This document shows, piece by piece, positions 1 through 8,476 of a DNA stretch of 64,000 bases. Numbering within the stretch: the stretch's first letter is position 1; each line of letters starts with the position of its first letter. The notes beneath the pieces were generated by a model. It made no database searches. It was not told the DNA's origin and worked only from the letters and a program-made list of their open reading frames with translations. A program made the translations under genes and the position numbers. The DNA comes from an uncultured Clostridia bacterium. GTDB taxonomy: Bacteria; Bacillota; Clostridia; RUG12999. Location: NCBI GenBank assembly GCA_934792465.1, contig CAKVOK010000001.1, positions 37,144 through 101,143 of the forward strand, read 5' to 3'.

Positions 1-261
1 GATAATCTGCATGGATGTCAGCGGATGTTCGTCAAGTTCTTTTGCCTTAATCTGCGATACCGTTTCGAGAATCATCTCTCTTGCATTCCCGATATAATAT
101 ACTAAAATACCGCCGTTTATCGCCGACACCTCGGCCGAACAAACTCCGCTTACGCTCGTAAACAATGCCGTAAGGCTGCTTTGTTGATGCTTTTGTAATA
201 CGCCGCCGCCGCAGCGCAAACGCAGTCTACCCGGAGAATCGTAAATAATTTTATATTTCAT
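1..261 (-). CDS. Partial CDS (N-terminus only, runs off the window). It begins MKYKIIYDSPGRLRLRCGGG..., which resembles the HMA-like N-terminal region of clostridial heavy-metal P-type ATPases.
   Basis: Reverse-strand ORF starting at the ATG at 261 with GGAG upstream. The N-terminal 'SPGRLRLR' pattern is typical of P-type ATPase N-termini in Clostridia. It is truncated by the window edge and is absent from the ORF track because it is open-ended. Confidence 0.35.
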   Translation of the reverse strand, partial: MKYKIIYDSPGRLRLRCGGGVLQKHQQSSLTALFTSVSGVCSAEVSAINGGILVYYIGNAREMILETVSQIKAKELDEHPLTSMQII

Positions 262-277
262 TATCTCCGCCTTCTCT

Positions 278-511
278 TTAGTTGTTTTCTGCTTTCTGCT
301 TTGCGTCGCAGCAAATATCTTCGGCTTCTTCTTTCATATTTTTAAAGGTTTCCTGTGCGTCGTTTCCGAGTTTAATGCACTTCGCAAGTCCCGATACGCA
401 CACTTTTCTCGTTTTCTCGCTCTTAACGGCTTTAACACCGTATGTAGCGGCAAGAACTCCGCCTACAAAACATAAAAACTTTTCATTTTTTAAGCAATCT
501 GAAATTTTCAT
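278..511 (-). CDS. Small hypothetical protein (about 77 aa, Cys-containing) upstream of the putative P-type ATPase.
   Basis: ORF 278..520 in the track. The second ATG (MKISDCLK...) has an AAGGAGAA RBS at reasonable spacing. No recognisable family. Confidence 0.3.
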   Translation of the reverse strand: MKISDCLKNEKFLCFVGGVLAATYGVKAVKSEKTRKVCVSGLAKCIKLGNDAQETFKNMKEEAEDICCDAKQKAENN

Positions 512-710
512 TTGAATCATTTCTCCTTTTCATGATTTTAATTGTATTTTTAATGCAATTAAAGGGTTTGATTGCGGCTGTTTATGCAGCCTTATTTCAC
601 CTTTGTGAATAGTTTATCACAAGAGATTAATTCTGTCAAGACCAGACCGATTTTTTGTGCAATATGTCGTTTTTGAAGCGTATTTCGACATAATTTTTGT
701 ACACTTATCT

Positions 711-1325
711 TCAGTCAAACTGCGTCTGCCAGTTGTCATCGGCATACGCTTCAAAGCACATTTCAATCTGTTCTCTGCTTGTTTTTTCTTCCGCCAGATT
801 TTCCGGTAATTCATCAGCCGAAAAATATCGTATTTCCGTGGTTTCTATATTTTCCTCGAATTTGCCGCCGATAACTTCGCACAGGACGAATACCTTGCAT
901 ACACCGTAGGCATATATCGGCTTGTTGTGCTTGTTTCTGTCCTGAACGGAAATGAGCCGCACGGCCCTTGCTTCCAAGCCGGTTTCCTCCCGAACTTCTT
1001 TCAGCGTGTTCGATTCTACGGATTCAAGAACATCGCACCAGCCGCCGGGCAGCGACCATGTGCCGTTGTTTTCGTGCACAAGCAATATTTTCCCGTTCTT
1101 GAATATTGCCGCTCTCGTATCGAGCTTCGGAGTTTGATAGCCTGTTTCGCAGCAAAACAAATCTTTTACCTTGTCCAAAGGTATATCGGATTTTTCGTTT
1201 ATCATTTCTGCGGCTATTTCACGAAGCCTTTCATATCTTTCTATATCATATACGTTGTCTGTATATGCCAGCCCGGCTTGTGCAAGACTTTGTATTTCAA
1301 TCGCCCAATGAAGCCATTTTTCCAT
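711..1325 (-). CDS. NUDIX hydrolase
   Basis: Nudix box GGWCDVLESVESNTLKEVREETGL (GX5EX7REUXEEXGU) in a 204-aa ORF. Confidence 0.85.
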   Translation of the reverse strand: MEKWLHWAIEIQSLAQAGLAYTDNVYDIERYERLREIAAEMINEKSDIPLDKVKDLFCCETGYQTPKLDTRAAIFKNGKILLVHENNGTWSLPGGWCDVLESVESNTLKEVREETGLEARAVRLISVQDRNKHNKPIYAYGVCKVFVLCEVIGGKFEENIETTEIRYFSADELPENLAEEKTSREQIEMCFEAYADDNWQTQFD

Positions 1326-1338
1326 TGTTTATCCTCCG

Positions 1339-2220
1339 TTATTCCCCGTCGAGCAGCTTCGCCGCACCGTATGCTGCGGCAGCGCCGTCCGCACATGCCG
1401 TCACAATCTGCCGCAGCGCCTTTTCACGCAAATCTCCGCAGCAGAAAATGCCTTTGATTTTTGTCTGCATATTTTCGTCCGTAATGACGCAGCCGTTTTT
1501 GTTTTTTATAATATCGGAGCATATATCGCTCTGCGGTTCGTTTCCGACAGCTATGAAAACTGCATCGGTTTCTATGGTTCGGTTTTCCGTTTTAATGTAT
1601 TTCACGGAAGAATCTCCGCATATTTCCTTTATATTTGCCGAATATACGATTTCGATATTTTCGGATTGTTCCGCCTTGTCGCAAAGTGATTTTATCGCTC
1701 GGAATTTGTCACGTCTGTGGATTATATATACCTTTTTGCATATGTTTTTCAAAAACAGCGCATCCTCCAGTGCCGTATCGCCTCCGCCGGCTACAACAGC
1801 CGTTTTCCCTTTGAAAAACATACCGTCGCAGGTAGCGCAATACGAAACGCCTTTGCCCAAAAACTCAGTTTCGCCCGGCACGTTCAGCTTTCTCGGTTTT
1901 GCACCCATTGCGAGTATTACGGCTTTGAATTTCTCCGTTCCGCTTTCCGTGTATACCGTTTTATTTTCAAAATCTATTTTTTTTACGGTTTCGTTTTTAA
2001 AAACAACGCCGTTTTTTACGGCTTGTTTTTTCATCTTGTCCGCAAGCGTATATCCGTCCGTTCCGTTCTCAAATCCCGGGTAGTTTTCGATGTTTACGGT
2101 TTTCACCATCTGACCTCCGGCGAAAGCACCCTCAAATACCATGACGCTGCGGCCGTATCTTGCAGCGTATATCGCAGCCGTAAGCCCTCCCGGCCCTGCA
2201 CCTATAACAGCTATATCCAT
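1339..2220 (-). CDS. trxB: Thioredoxin-disulfide reductase
   Basis: N-terminal FAD motif VIGAGPGGLTAAIYAAR, redox-active CATCDG motif, and a second NAD(P)H GxGxxA/G motif (VVAGGGDTALE). Confidence 0.9.
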   Translation of the reverse strand: MDIAVIGAGPGGLTAAIYAARYGRSVMVFEGAFAGGQMVKTVNIENYPGFENGTDGYTLADKMKKQAVKNGVVFKNETVKKIDFENKTVYTESGTEKFKAVILAMGAKPRKLNVPGETEFLGKGVSYCATCDGMFFKGKTAVVAGGGDTALEDALFLKNICKKVYIIHRRDKFRAIKSLCDKAEQSENIEIVYSANIKEICGDSSVKYIKTENRTIETDAVFIAVGNEPQSDICSDIIKNKNGCVITDENMQTKIKGIFCCGDLREKALRQIVTACADGAAAAYGAAKLLDGE

Positions 2221-2417
2221 TTGCCAATCATCCTTTCTCTACGAATTTTTACTTTATTTTATCATAACAATAAATATTTGTCAATATGATTAAAAGAAAA
2301 AATAGGGCTCCAGTCAACTCGATTTCAAAAATCGTTTTGCTACAGCCCCTTGCTACCCGATTGCTCGGTTACGTCGAGAGGCGAAGTTTGTTCATAGAAT
2401 AAAGCAATATTTATTTT

Positions 2418-2443
2418 AGAAATTCGTTCTCGAACGAATTTCT
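2418..2443. promoter_or_regulatory. Perfect 12-2-12 inverted repeat AGAAATTCGTTC-tc-GAACGAATTTCT in the trxB/flavodoxin intergenic region. It could be an operator-like site or a stem-loop.
   Basis: Read directly from the sequence. There is no U-run on either side, so it is not a canonical intrinsic terminator. Confidence 0.3.
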
Positions 2444-2546
2444 ACATCTGTTTCGATCCATTGTGCAATCAGATGTTTCTGTTTACACCGATATATCGGC
2501 ATTTTCTTGCTTTATGCGGTCTGTACATTTTTATAAAGTCAAGGAC

Positions 2547-2978
2547 TTAAAGTGAGGATGCTTTCTTACCAAGCTCGCGGCATTCGTCGAGTCCTGCATC
2601 GTCGGGAGCGTCGTTTAATGTCAGTCCGGCATCTCCTACGAGATTTGCGCCTGCGTCTTTCACACGCTGTTCCCAGTTGCGCATCCATTCGCCGTCGCCC
2701 CAGCCGTATGAACCGAATAAAGCTACGTTTTTGCCGGAAATCTTCGATTCAAGCCCGCTGAAAAACGGCTCAAACTCTTCTTCTTCCAATACCTCCGCTC
2801 CCATAGCCGGGCAGCCGAGAATAAGTGTGTCGTATTCTGCGGCGCTTTCCGGAGAAATCTCCGAAACCGTAAAATATGCCGTGTCGGGGTTTGCGGTTTT
2901 CGCACCTTCGAGTATTGCGTCTGCCATAGCGGCTGTATTTCCCGTGCCGCTCCAATAAATAATTGCTGTTTTGCTCAT
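2547..2978 (-). CDS. Flavodoxin (short-chain)
   Basis: MSKTAIIYWSGTGNT flavodoxin signature at the N-terminus, with GGAGGT RBS 10 nt upstream of the ATG at 2978. The longer track ORF (to 3017) has no RBS. Confidence 0.85.
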   Translation of the reverse strand: MSKTAIIYWSGTGNTAAMADAILEGAKTANPDTAYFTVSEISPESAAEYDTLILGCPAMGAEVLEEEEFEPFFSGLESKISGKNVALFGSYGWGDGEWMRNWEQRVKDAGANLVGDAGLTLNDAPDDAGLDECRELGKKASSL

Positions 2979-3048
2979 TTTATAATACCTCCAAAAAAAT
3001 TTTTGTATACAAATCACGGAATATATCCGATGAAATTGTTTCTATGTA

Positions 3049-3600
3049 TCATGCCGCACAGAAAATCTGTGCCAGCGTCTTGCCGCCGGATATTTTTTTC
3101 AGTACGGAATTTCTGCATATTCTGTACCTGTGAAAAGTTTCTGCGGCTTTCTGCGGATTGTAATACACCTTCCATTCGCCGACCAGCAGACATTTCTTGT
3201 CCGGGCGGTTGATGAAGCAGTATATGTCATGCAGGGGATAACCGAGAAATACTCCTATTTCGTGCGGAAATCCCGTATTTGCGAAATGCCGTTTTAAGAC
3301 GGAAATATATTTTTCTGTTTCATCGGATTCCGCATAGCCGTATTTTGCGAGAAAACGGCGGTTTGTCGATAAATTCAGATGTTTTTCCAATACGGATTTG
3401 CGATATACCATCAGTAATGCGCATTTTTTGCAGTCGCATATGATTTCAAGATATATATCTTTTTTGTTAAAGATTTTATTAAGCCTTTCGATGTCGCCGT
3501 ATATATCCGGAAGCTTTTCCTTTGAACAGGAAACGAGATTTGCGGGCTTGATTCCGGCGAGTGCCGGCGCACAATGATATGCGATGAGTTTTTCTATCAT
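3049..3600 (-). CDS. DUF3793-family protein (hypothetical)
   Basis: About 183 aa with the 'HCAPALAGIKPANL' N-terminal pattern that I recall from DUF3793 proteins of Clostridia. Start chosen at MIEKLIAYH. Confidence 0.45.
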   Translation of the reverse strand: MIEKLIAYHCAPALAGIKPANLVSCSKEKLPDIYGDIERLNKIFNKKDIYLEIICDCKKCALLMVYRKSVLEKHLNLSTNRRFLAKYGYAESDETEKYISVLKRHFANTGFPHEIGVFLGYPLHDIYCFINRPDKKCLLVGEWKVYYNPQKAAETFHRYRICRNSVLKKISGGKTLAQIFCAA

Positions 3601-3767
3601 AAATATTACCGTCCTATACACAGTTAGCAAAAACTAACCCACAGCCAAAATAATAATGCAAGGTTAGTTTGCACTAACTATATAATAACATACTTTTCTC
3701 CGTTTGTCAATACCTTTTTGAAATAAATTTAATTGCAGTGCTCGGGAAGATATACAGACTGCGGAAT

Positions 3768-3774
3768 TTGTCGA
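3768..3774 (+). promoter_or_regulatory. Putative Spo0A box (TGTCGAA) about 70 nt upstream of the spoIIA operon.
   Basis: Exact match to the 0A-box core TGNCGAA in the spoIIAA leader. In Bacillus, spoIIA is a Spo0A/sigma-H dependent operon. Confidence 0.3.
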
Positions 3775-3840
3775 ACGAAAAATAAAGGGTTTTTACTTAT
3801 TTTTACAGAAATTAATTAATATAGGAAAAATGAGAGGAGC

Positions 3841-4161
3841 ATGAAAATGGAGTTCAGTATTTCACGAAGGAACAACAAATTGTATGTAAAGGTAAACGGG
3901 GAAATCGACCATCACAGCTGCGCTCCGCTGCGCGACTGTGTCGATCTTGAAATAAAAAGCGGCGGAGTGAGAGAGCTTATATTCGATTTTTCAAAGCTTA
4001 CGCTTATGGACAGTTCCGGGATAGGTATTTTAATGGGGAGATACAAGCTTATGAAGCTTTGCGGCGGCAGCGTTACCGTCGTCGGAGCGGAAAGCTGTAT
4101 CGAAAAAATAATGACACTTTCCGGAATAAGCGATATTATAAAGATTAAAAAAGCCGGATAA
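3841..4161 (+). CDS. spoIIAA: Anti-sigma F factor antagonist SpoIIAA (STAS domain)
   Basis: STAS-domain sequence (…DSSGIGILMGRYKLMK…) and position as first gene of a spoIIAA-spoIIAB-sigF operon. The alternative start ATG at 3847 has better RBS spacing. Confidence 0.9.
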   Translation: MKMEFSISRRNNKLYVKVNGEIDHHSCAPLRDCVDLEIKSGGVRELIFDFSKLTLMDSSGIGILMGRYKLMKLCGGSVTVVGAESCIEKIMTLSGISDIIKIKKAG

Positions 4162-4256
4162 AAACAAAAAACAGCCTTTCCCGTTAAGAAATTGCTCTGC
4201 GGACGGGAAAACGAAATAATATTATGCCGTGCAGGGCGGCGGATTGGAGATTAACA

Positions 4257-4700
4257 ATGAAAGATATTATGAAACTTGAATTTCCGGCACTGTCGGAATA
4301 CGAATCCTTTGCGAGGGTAGCGGTTGCGGCATTTATTGCAAGGCTTGACCCGACGATAGTTGAAATAAACGAAATAAAGACTGCAATATCGGAATGTGTG
4401 ACGAACAGCGTTATACACGGATATAAGGAAAAAGGCGGAACGGTGTACATAGAATGTGAAATAGACGATGCGAATATCAGACTTTCAGTAAGCGACAAGG
4501 GCTGCGGAATTGAAGATGTGAAAAAGGCGAGGACACCTATGTTTACAACGAATCCGGACGGCGAACGCAGCGGTATGGGATTTACCGTCATGGAAACATT
4601 TATGGACAAGGTAGACGTCATATCCGAGCCCGGCAAGGGTACTACGGTTATATTGTATAAAAACGTTGCGGCAGGCGAGGAGGGCGTAAGGTGTGGATAA
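4257..4700 (+). CDS. spoIIAB: Anti-sigma F factor SpoIIAB (serine-protein kinase, HATPase_c)
   Basis: MKDIMKLEFPALSEYESFARVAVAAFIARL… is typical of SpoIIAB, and the GHKL ATPase motifs are present. GGAG RBS 8 nt upstream of the ATG at 4257. Confidence 0.9.
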   Translation: MKDIMKLEFPALSEYESFARVAVAAFIARLDPTIVEINEIKTAISECVTNSVIHGYKEKGGTVYIECEIDDANIRLSVSDKGCGIEDVKKARTPMFTTNPDGERSGMGFTVMETFMDKVDVISEPGKGTTVILYKNVAAGEEGVRCG

Positions 4701-5400
4701 GGATTTAATCCGCCTTATCCTGAAAGCGCAGTCCGGCGATAAAAATGCAATGTCGGTTCTGACGGAAAGTAACGAGCGGCTTGTGTGGAGTATTGTAAAG
4801 CGGTTTTCGGGCAGGGGAGAGGAAACTGCCGATTTGTTTCAGACCGGCTGTATCGGACTTATTAAAGCGATTAAAAATTTCGATACATCAAAGGAAGTAT
4901 GCTTTTCCACATATGCCGTACCTATGATAATGGGAGAAATCCGCCGGTATATACGCGACAACGGTGCGGTTAAGGTGAGCCGAAGCATAAAGGAGCTTGG
5001 CGTAAAGGTGCGCTATGCTTCGGACGCCGTTTCGAAGGAAACGGGAGAAACCGCAAGTATTTCGCAGGTTGCCGAAAGGCTCGGAATAAGCGTTGAAGAA
5101 GCGGCGAGCGCATATGCGGCGAGTGAGCCGCCGGTGTCGATATATCAGCAGATAGGCGAAAATATGAGTATAATGGATACGCTTTGCGATAAAGCGGATT
5201 TTGAAGAAAAGGTAGTTGACGGTATGTTTATAAAATCAGCTGCCGAAAAGCTTGACGAGCGGGAAAAAACAATAGTCATAATGAGATATTACCACAACAA
5301 AACACAGACACAGATTGCCGAGATGCTCGGAATATCTCAGGTTCAGGTTTCGAGAATAGAAAAGAAGGTTCTTGAAAAAATGCGCCGTGAAGCGGGATAA
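4693..5400 (+). CDS. sigF: RNA polymerase sporulation sigma factor SigF
   Basis: Sigma-70 regions 2 and 4 (…LVWSIVKRF…, C-terminal HTH …QIAEMLGISQVQVSRIEKK…). GTG start overlapping the spoIIAB stop, with AGGAGGG RBS. Confidence 0.9.
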   Translation: MDKDLIRLILKAQSGDKNAMSVLTESNERLVWSIVKRFSGRGEETADLFQTGCIGLIKAIKNFDTSKEVCFSTYAVPMIMGEIRRYIRDNGAVKVSRSIKELGVKVRYASDAVSKETGETASISQVAERLGISVEEAASAYAASEPPVSIYQQIGENMSIMDTLCDKADFEEKVVDGMFIKSAAEKLDEREKTIVIMRYYHNKTQTQIAEMLGISQVQVSRIEKKVLEKMRREAG

Positions 5401-5449
5401 AATATTCGGGAGCTGTTTTGAGATATTACGAAACAGCTCCCGATAATAT

Positions 5450-6571
5450 TCAGGTATTCTGAATACGGTTTACGGCATACAGGAATTTGTCAATATCCGA
5501 GGTTTTGTTGAAAAATCCGGCGCTGACGCGAACAGTGCCGCTTTCAAAGGTGCCATATGCCTTGTGGGCGGCAGGGGCGCAGTGCAGACCGCAGCGGACG
5601 GCTATGTTGAAATTGCCGTCGAGCATACTGCCGAATTCGTTGGTATCGGTATTTTCGCTGTAAAAGCTTACGGCGGAGGTCCTGAGTATATCCTGCGGAC
5701 AAAGCACATTTATACCTTTTATATTTAAAAGACCGCCGATAAGCCTTGAACAGAGAAAATGCTCATAAGTATAAATTTCGTCAAAATGCTTTTCAACAAA
5801 TTCACAGGCTGCCAGCAGACCGCACAGTGCCGGCATATTGAGTGTTCCGCTTTCGTATTTGTCGGGCATTATTTCGGGTTGTGTCAGCATATGCGAATTG
5901 CTGCCCGTGCCGCCCGTGATAAGAGGGCGGACCGAATAATCCTTCGGGATATAAAGACAGCCTGTGCCCTGAGGACCCAAAAGACCTTTATGCCCGGCGA
6001 AAGCAATCATACACGAAAGCTTTGCAGCGTCAATCGGCAGAATACCTGCACTTTGAGAAGCGTCCGCAAGCATCGGGGTGCCGGATTCTCTGCAAACCTT
6101 TGCCGCATATTCAATATCGCTCACAGCACCGCTGACGTTGGAACTGTGGTTTATAACTACGAGTGAAGCCCGTTTTAAAAGCTCCGGAGTCAGCTTCGTA
6201 ACATCGCAGCTTCCGGAACTGTTAAGCGGCAGTTCGTGTATTACGCATTTTCTGTGCATGAGCGGACGAACCACAGAGTTGTGTTCATACGGTGAGGTTA
6301 TAACGAAGCTTCCGGGCTGTACGCTGCCGATTATGGCAATGTTCAAGGCTTCGGTTGCGTTTTTTGTGAAAACAATCTGTTCGGGATATGGGCAGTTTAT
6401 CAGTTCGGCTATTTTTTCGCGCACGGAAAAGAGCATATCTATGCTGTCGGTTGCCGCTTTGTATCCGCCCCGTCCGTAGTTTGCGCCGACGTGAAGCATA
6501 TAGTCCTGCATGGCTTTTATCACGGTTTTCGGTTTGGGGTATGAGGTTGCGGCATTGTCTAAATATATCAT
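5450..6571 (-). CDS. Aminotransferase class V / cysteine desulfurase-family protein
   Basis: YLDNAATSYPKP N-terminus, 373 aa, fold-type I PLP enzyme pattern. Confidence 0.8.
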   Translation of the reverse strand: MIYLDNAATSYPKPKTVIKAMQDYMLHVGANYGRGGYKAATDSIDMLFSVREKIAELINCPYPEQIVFTKNATEALNIAIIGSVQPGSFVITSPYEHNSVVRPLMHRKCVIHELPLNSSGSCDVTKLTPELLKRASLVVINHSSNVSGAVSDIEYAAKVCRESGTPMLADASQSAGILPIDAAKLSCMIAFAGHKGLLGPQGTGCLYIPKDYSVRPLITGGTGSNSHMLTQPEIMPDKYESGTLNMPALCGLLAACEFVEKHFDEIYTYEHFLCSRLIGGLLNIKGINVLCPQDILRTSAVSFYSENTDTNEFGSMLDGNFNIAVRCGLHCAPAAHKAYGTFESGTVRVSAGFFNKTSDIDKFLYAVNRIQNT

Positions 6572-6574
6572 GGC

Positions 6575-6826
6575 TTACCTCTGAAGCTTTACAAATCCGG
6601 ATTCGGACATTTTGTAAACCGCTTTGATTTTCACATCAAGCTGCTTGGCATACGCTTTTGATTCGTCAAGCGCATCAATCGTCGTATGCACGCAATAGCT
6701 GCAGCCGCCGTCGGAGAGATTTTTGGGAGTTTGTATCACTTTTGCATAGTATTTTTGTTTTGTAAGGTGTTTTTTCACTCTGGAAGCGGTTGTTGCCGAT
6801 GCGAAAATGATTATTATTTCATTCAT
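6575..6826 (-). CDS. DUF3343-domain small protein
   Basis: 83 aa, ends 3 nt upstream of the class-V aminotransferase start. This pairing is common for DUF3343. Confidence 0.45.
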   Translation of the reverse strand: MNEIIIIFASATTASRVKKHLTKQKYYAKVIQTPKNLSDGGCSYCVHTTIDALDESKAYAKQLDVKIKAVYKMSESGFVKLQR

Positions 6827-6969
6827 TTATATCATTCCTTTATATATGCTTACCGCAGGAAATAAAATATACAGGTCAATATCAGTATATGCAGCCTCTT
6901 CGTGAATTGACACTTAACACACAAAAATCAGTCTTGTGAAAATATATAAGAATAAATTTGCTTATACAC

Positions 6970-6999
6970 TTGACGAAACGGTTGAATTTATGGTATACT
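6970..6999 (+). promoter_or_regulatory. Putative sigma-A promoter for brnQ (TTGACG-18-TATACT)
   Basis: Hexamers read from the sequence about 70 nt upstream of the brnQ start. Confidence 0.4.
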
Positions 7000-7068
7000 A
7001 ATATAGACGGTATAAATTTTTCATGTATTGTAAAAATTTATCTGTATATTATGTTGGGGGAGATTACT

Positions 7069-8418
7069 ATGAAAGAAAAATTGAGCAAACGGGAACTAAT
7101 ATACATTGCAAGTATGTTGTTCGGTCTGTTCTTCGGTGCGGGAAACCTGATATTTCCGATATATATGGGTCAGCTTGCCGGAGAAAATATGTGGAGGGCT
7201 GTAATAGGCTTCCTTATTACGGGAGTGGGATTACCGCTTTTGGGTGTAACAGCTATAGGTATAAGCCGCAGCGACGGACTTATCGAGCTTTCGGGGAAAG
7301 TAAGCAAAGGCTACAGCGTATTCTTTACGTGCGCATTGTATCTTACGATAGGGCCTTTCTTTGCCATTCCCAGGTGTGCGACAGTTCCTTTTACGGTAGG
7401 CGTTGAACCTATGCTCGGTTCGGCTGCAAATATGCCTTTTATGCTTACGCTGTTTTCGGCAATATTTTTCGTTGCCGTACTCGGCTTTTCGTTATATCCG
7501 GGAAAAATCCTTACTTGGGTCGGAAAAATACTCAATCCGCTGTTTTTGATATTCCTAGGCACTCTTGTTGTTGCCGCACTTATAAATCCTATGGGAGGAA
7601 TTTCAAATCTTGAACCTATGAAAGGCTATACTTCGAGAGCCTTTATGACGGGATTCCTTGAAGGTTACAACACTATGGACGCACTTGCAAGCCTGGCGTT
7701 CGGAATAATAGTTATCGACGTTATAAGAGGACTTGGAATAAAAGAACCCGGTGCAGTTGCGAAAAATACCGTTCATGCGGGAATTTTCAGCTGTATTATC
7801 ATGGCCGTGATATATATTGCGGTAACTGTTGTGGGCGCACAGAGCAGAAACGCTTATGAAGTGTGCCAAAACGGCGGAGAGGTTTTCGCAATTGTCGCAA
7901 AGCATTATTTCGGCAATGCCGGCGCACTTATTCTGGCAATAACCGTTACTTTTGCCTGCCTGAAAACTGCCGTGGGACTTGTTACAAGCTGTTCGGAAAC
8001 ATTCTGCAAGCTTTTCCCTAAAGCATTTTCATACAGAACATGGGCTGTAATTTTCAGCATAGTATCGTTCCTTGTGGCAAATATAGGTCTTAATTCCATA
8101 ATAGCGTATGCGATACCTGTACTTATGTTTCTGTACCCGCTTGCGATAACGCTGATACTGCTCGGAATATTCGGAAATATGTTCGGACACAGCAAATATG
8201 TTTACGGATTTGTGACCGGATTTACACTTTTTGCGGCAATATTCGATTTCTTCGGCGCATTGCCGGAATATGCCGTAAAGGCACTGCATATCGATGGTGT
8301 ACTTAATTTTGTGAATAAATGGCTGCCGCTTTCGGGATATGGTCTTGGCTGGATTGTACCGGCGATTATAGGCTTGATTATAGGGCTTACGGTAATGAAA
8401 ACCAGAAAAACGGCGTAA
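7069..8418 (+). CDS. brnQ: Branched-chain amino acid transport system II carrier protein
   Basis: LFGLFFGAGNLIFP signature and a 12-TM profile. GGGGGAG RBS before the ATG at 7069. The upstream extension in the track lacks an RBS. Confidence 0.85.
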   Translation: MKEKLSKRELIYIASMLFGLFFGAGNLIFPIYMGQLAGENMWRAVIGFLITGVGLPLLGVTAIGISRSDGLIELSGKVSKGYSVFFTCALYLTIGPFFAIPRCATVPFTVGVEPMLGSAANMPFMLTLFSAIFFVAVLGFSLYPGKILTWVGKILNPLFLIFLGTLVVAALINPMGGISNLEPMKGYTSRAFMTGFLEGYNTMDALASLAFGIIVIDVIRGLGIKEPGAVAKNTVHAGIFSCIIMAVIYIAVTVVGAQSRNAYEVCQNGGEVFAIVAKHYFGNAGALILAITVTFACLKTAVGLVTSCSETFCKLFPKAFSYRTWAVIFSIVSFLVANIGLNSIIAYAIPVLMFLYPLAITLILLGIFGNMFGHSKYVYGFVTGFTLFAAIFDFFGALPEYAVKALHIDGVLNFVNKWLPLSGYGLGWIVPAIIGLIIGLTVMKTRKTA

Positions 8419-8476
8419 ATGCTAAAGGGTTCGTGGATTGTCACGATGAACATAAATTCGGAAAAAAGGGGAGCGT

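Noticed and set aside
1106-2289. Long plus-strand ORFs (325 aa and 190 aa) overlapping trxB
   Set aside because: They are antisense to a well-supported trxB gene, have low-complexity composition and no RBS. They are shadow ORFs.
2488-2499. CCGATATATCGG palindrome as flavodoxin terminator
   Set aside because: The stem is short and there is no U-tract in the minus-strand direction. It is kept only as a note under the 12-2-12 palindrome finding.
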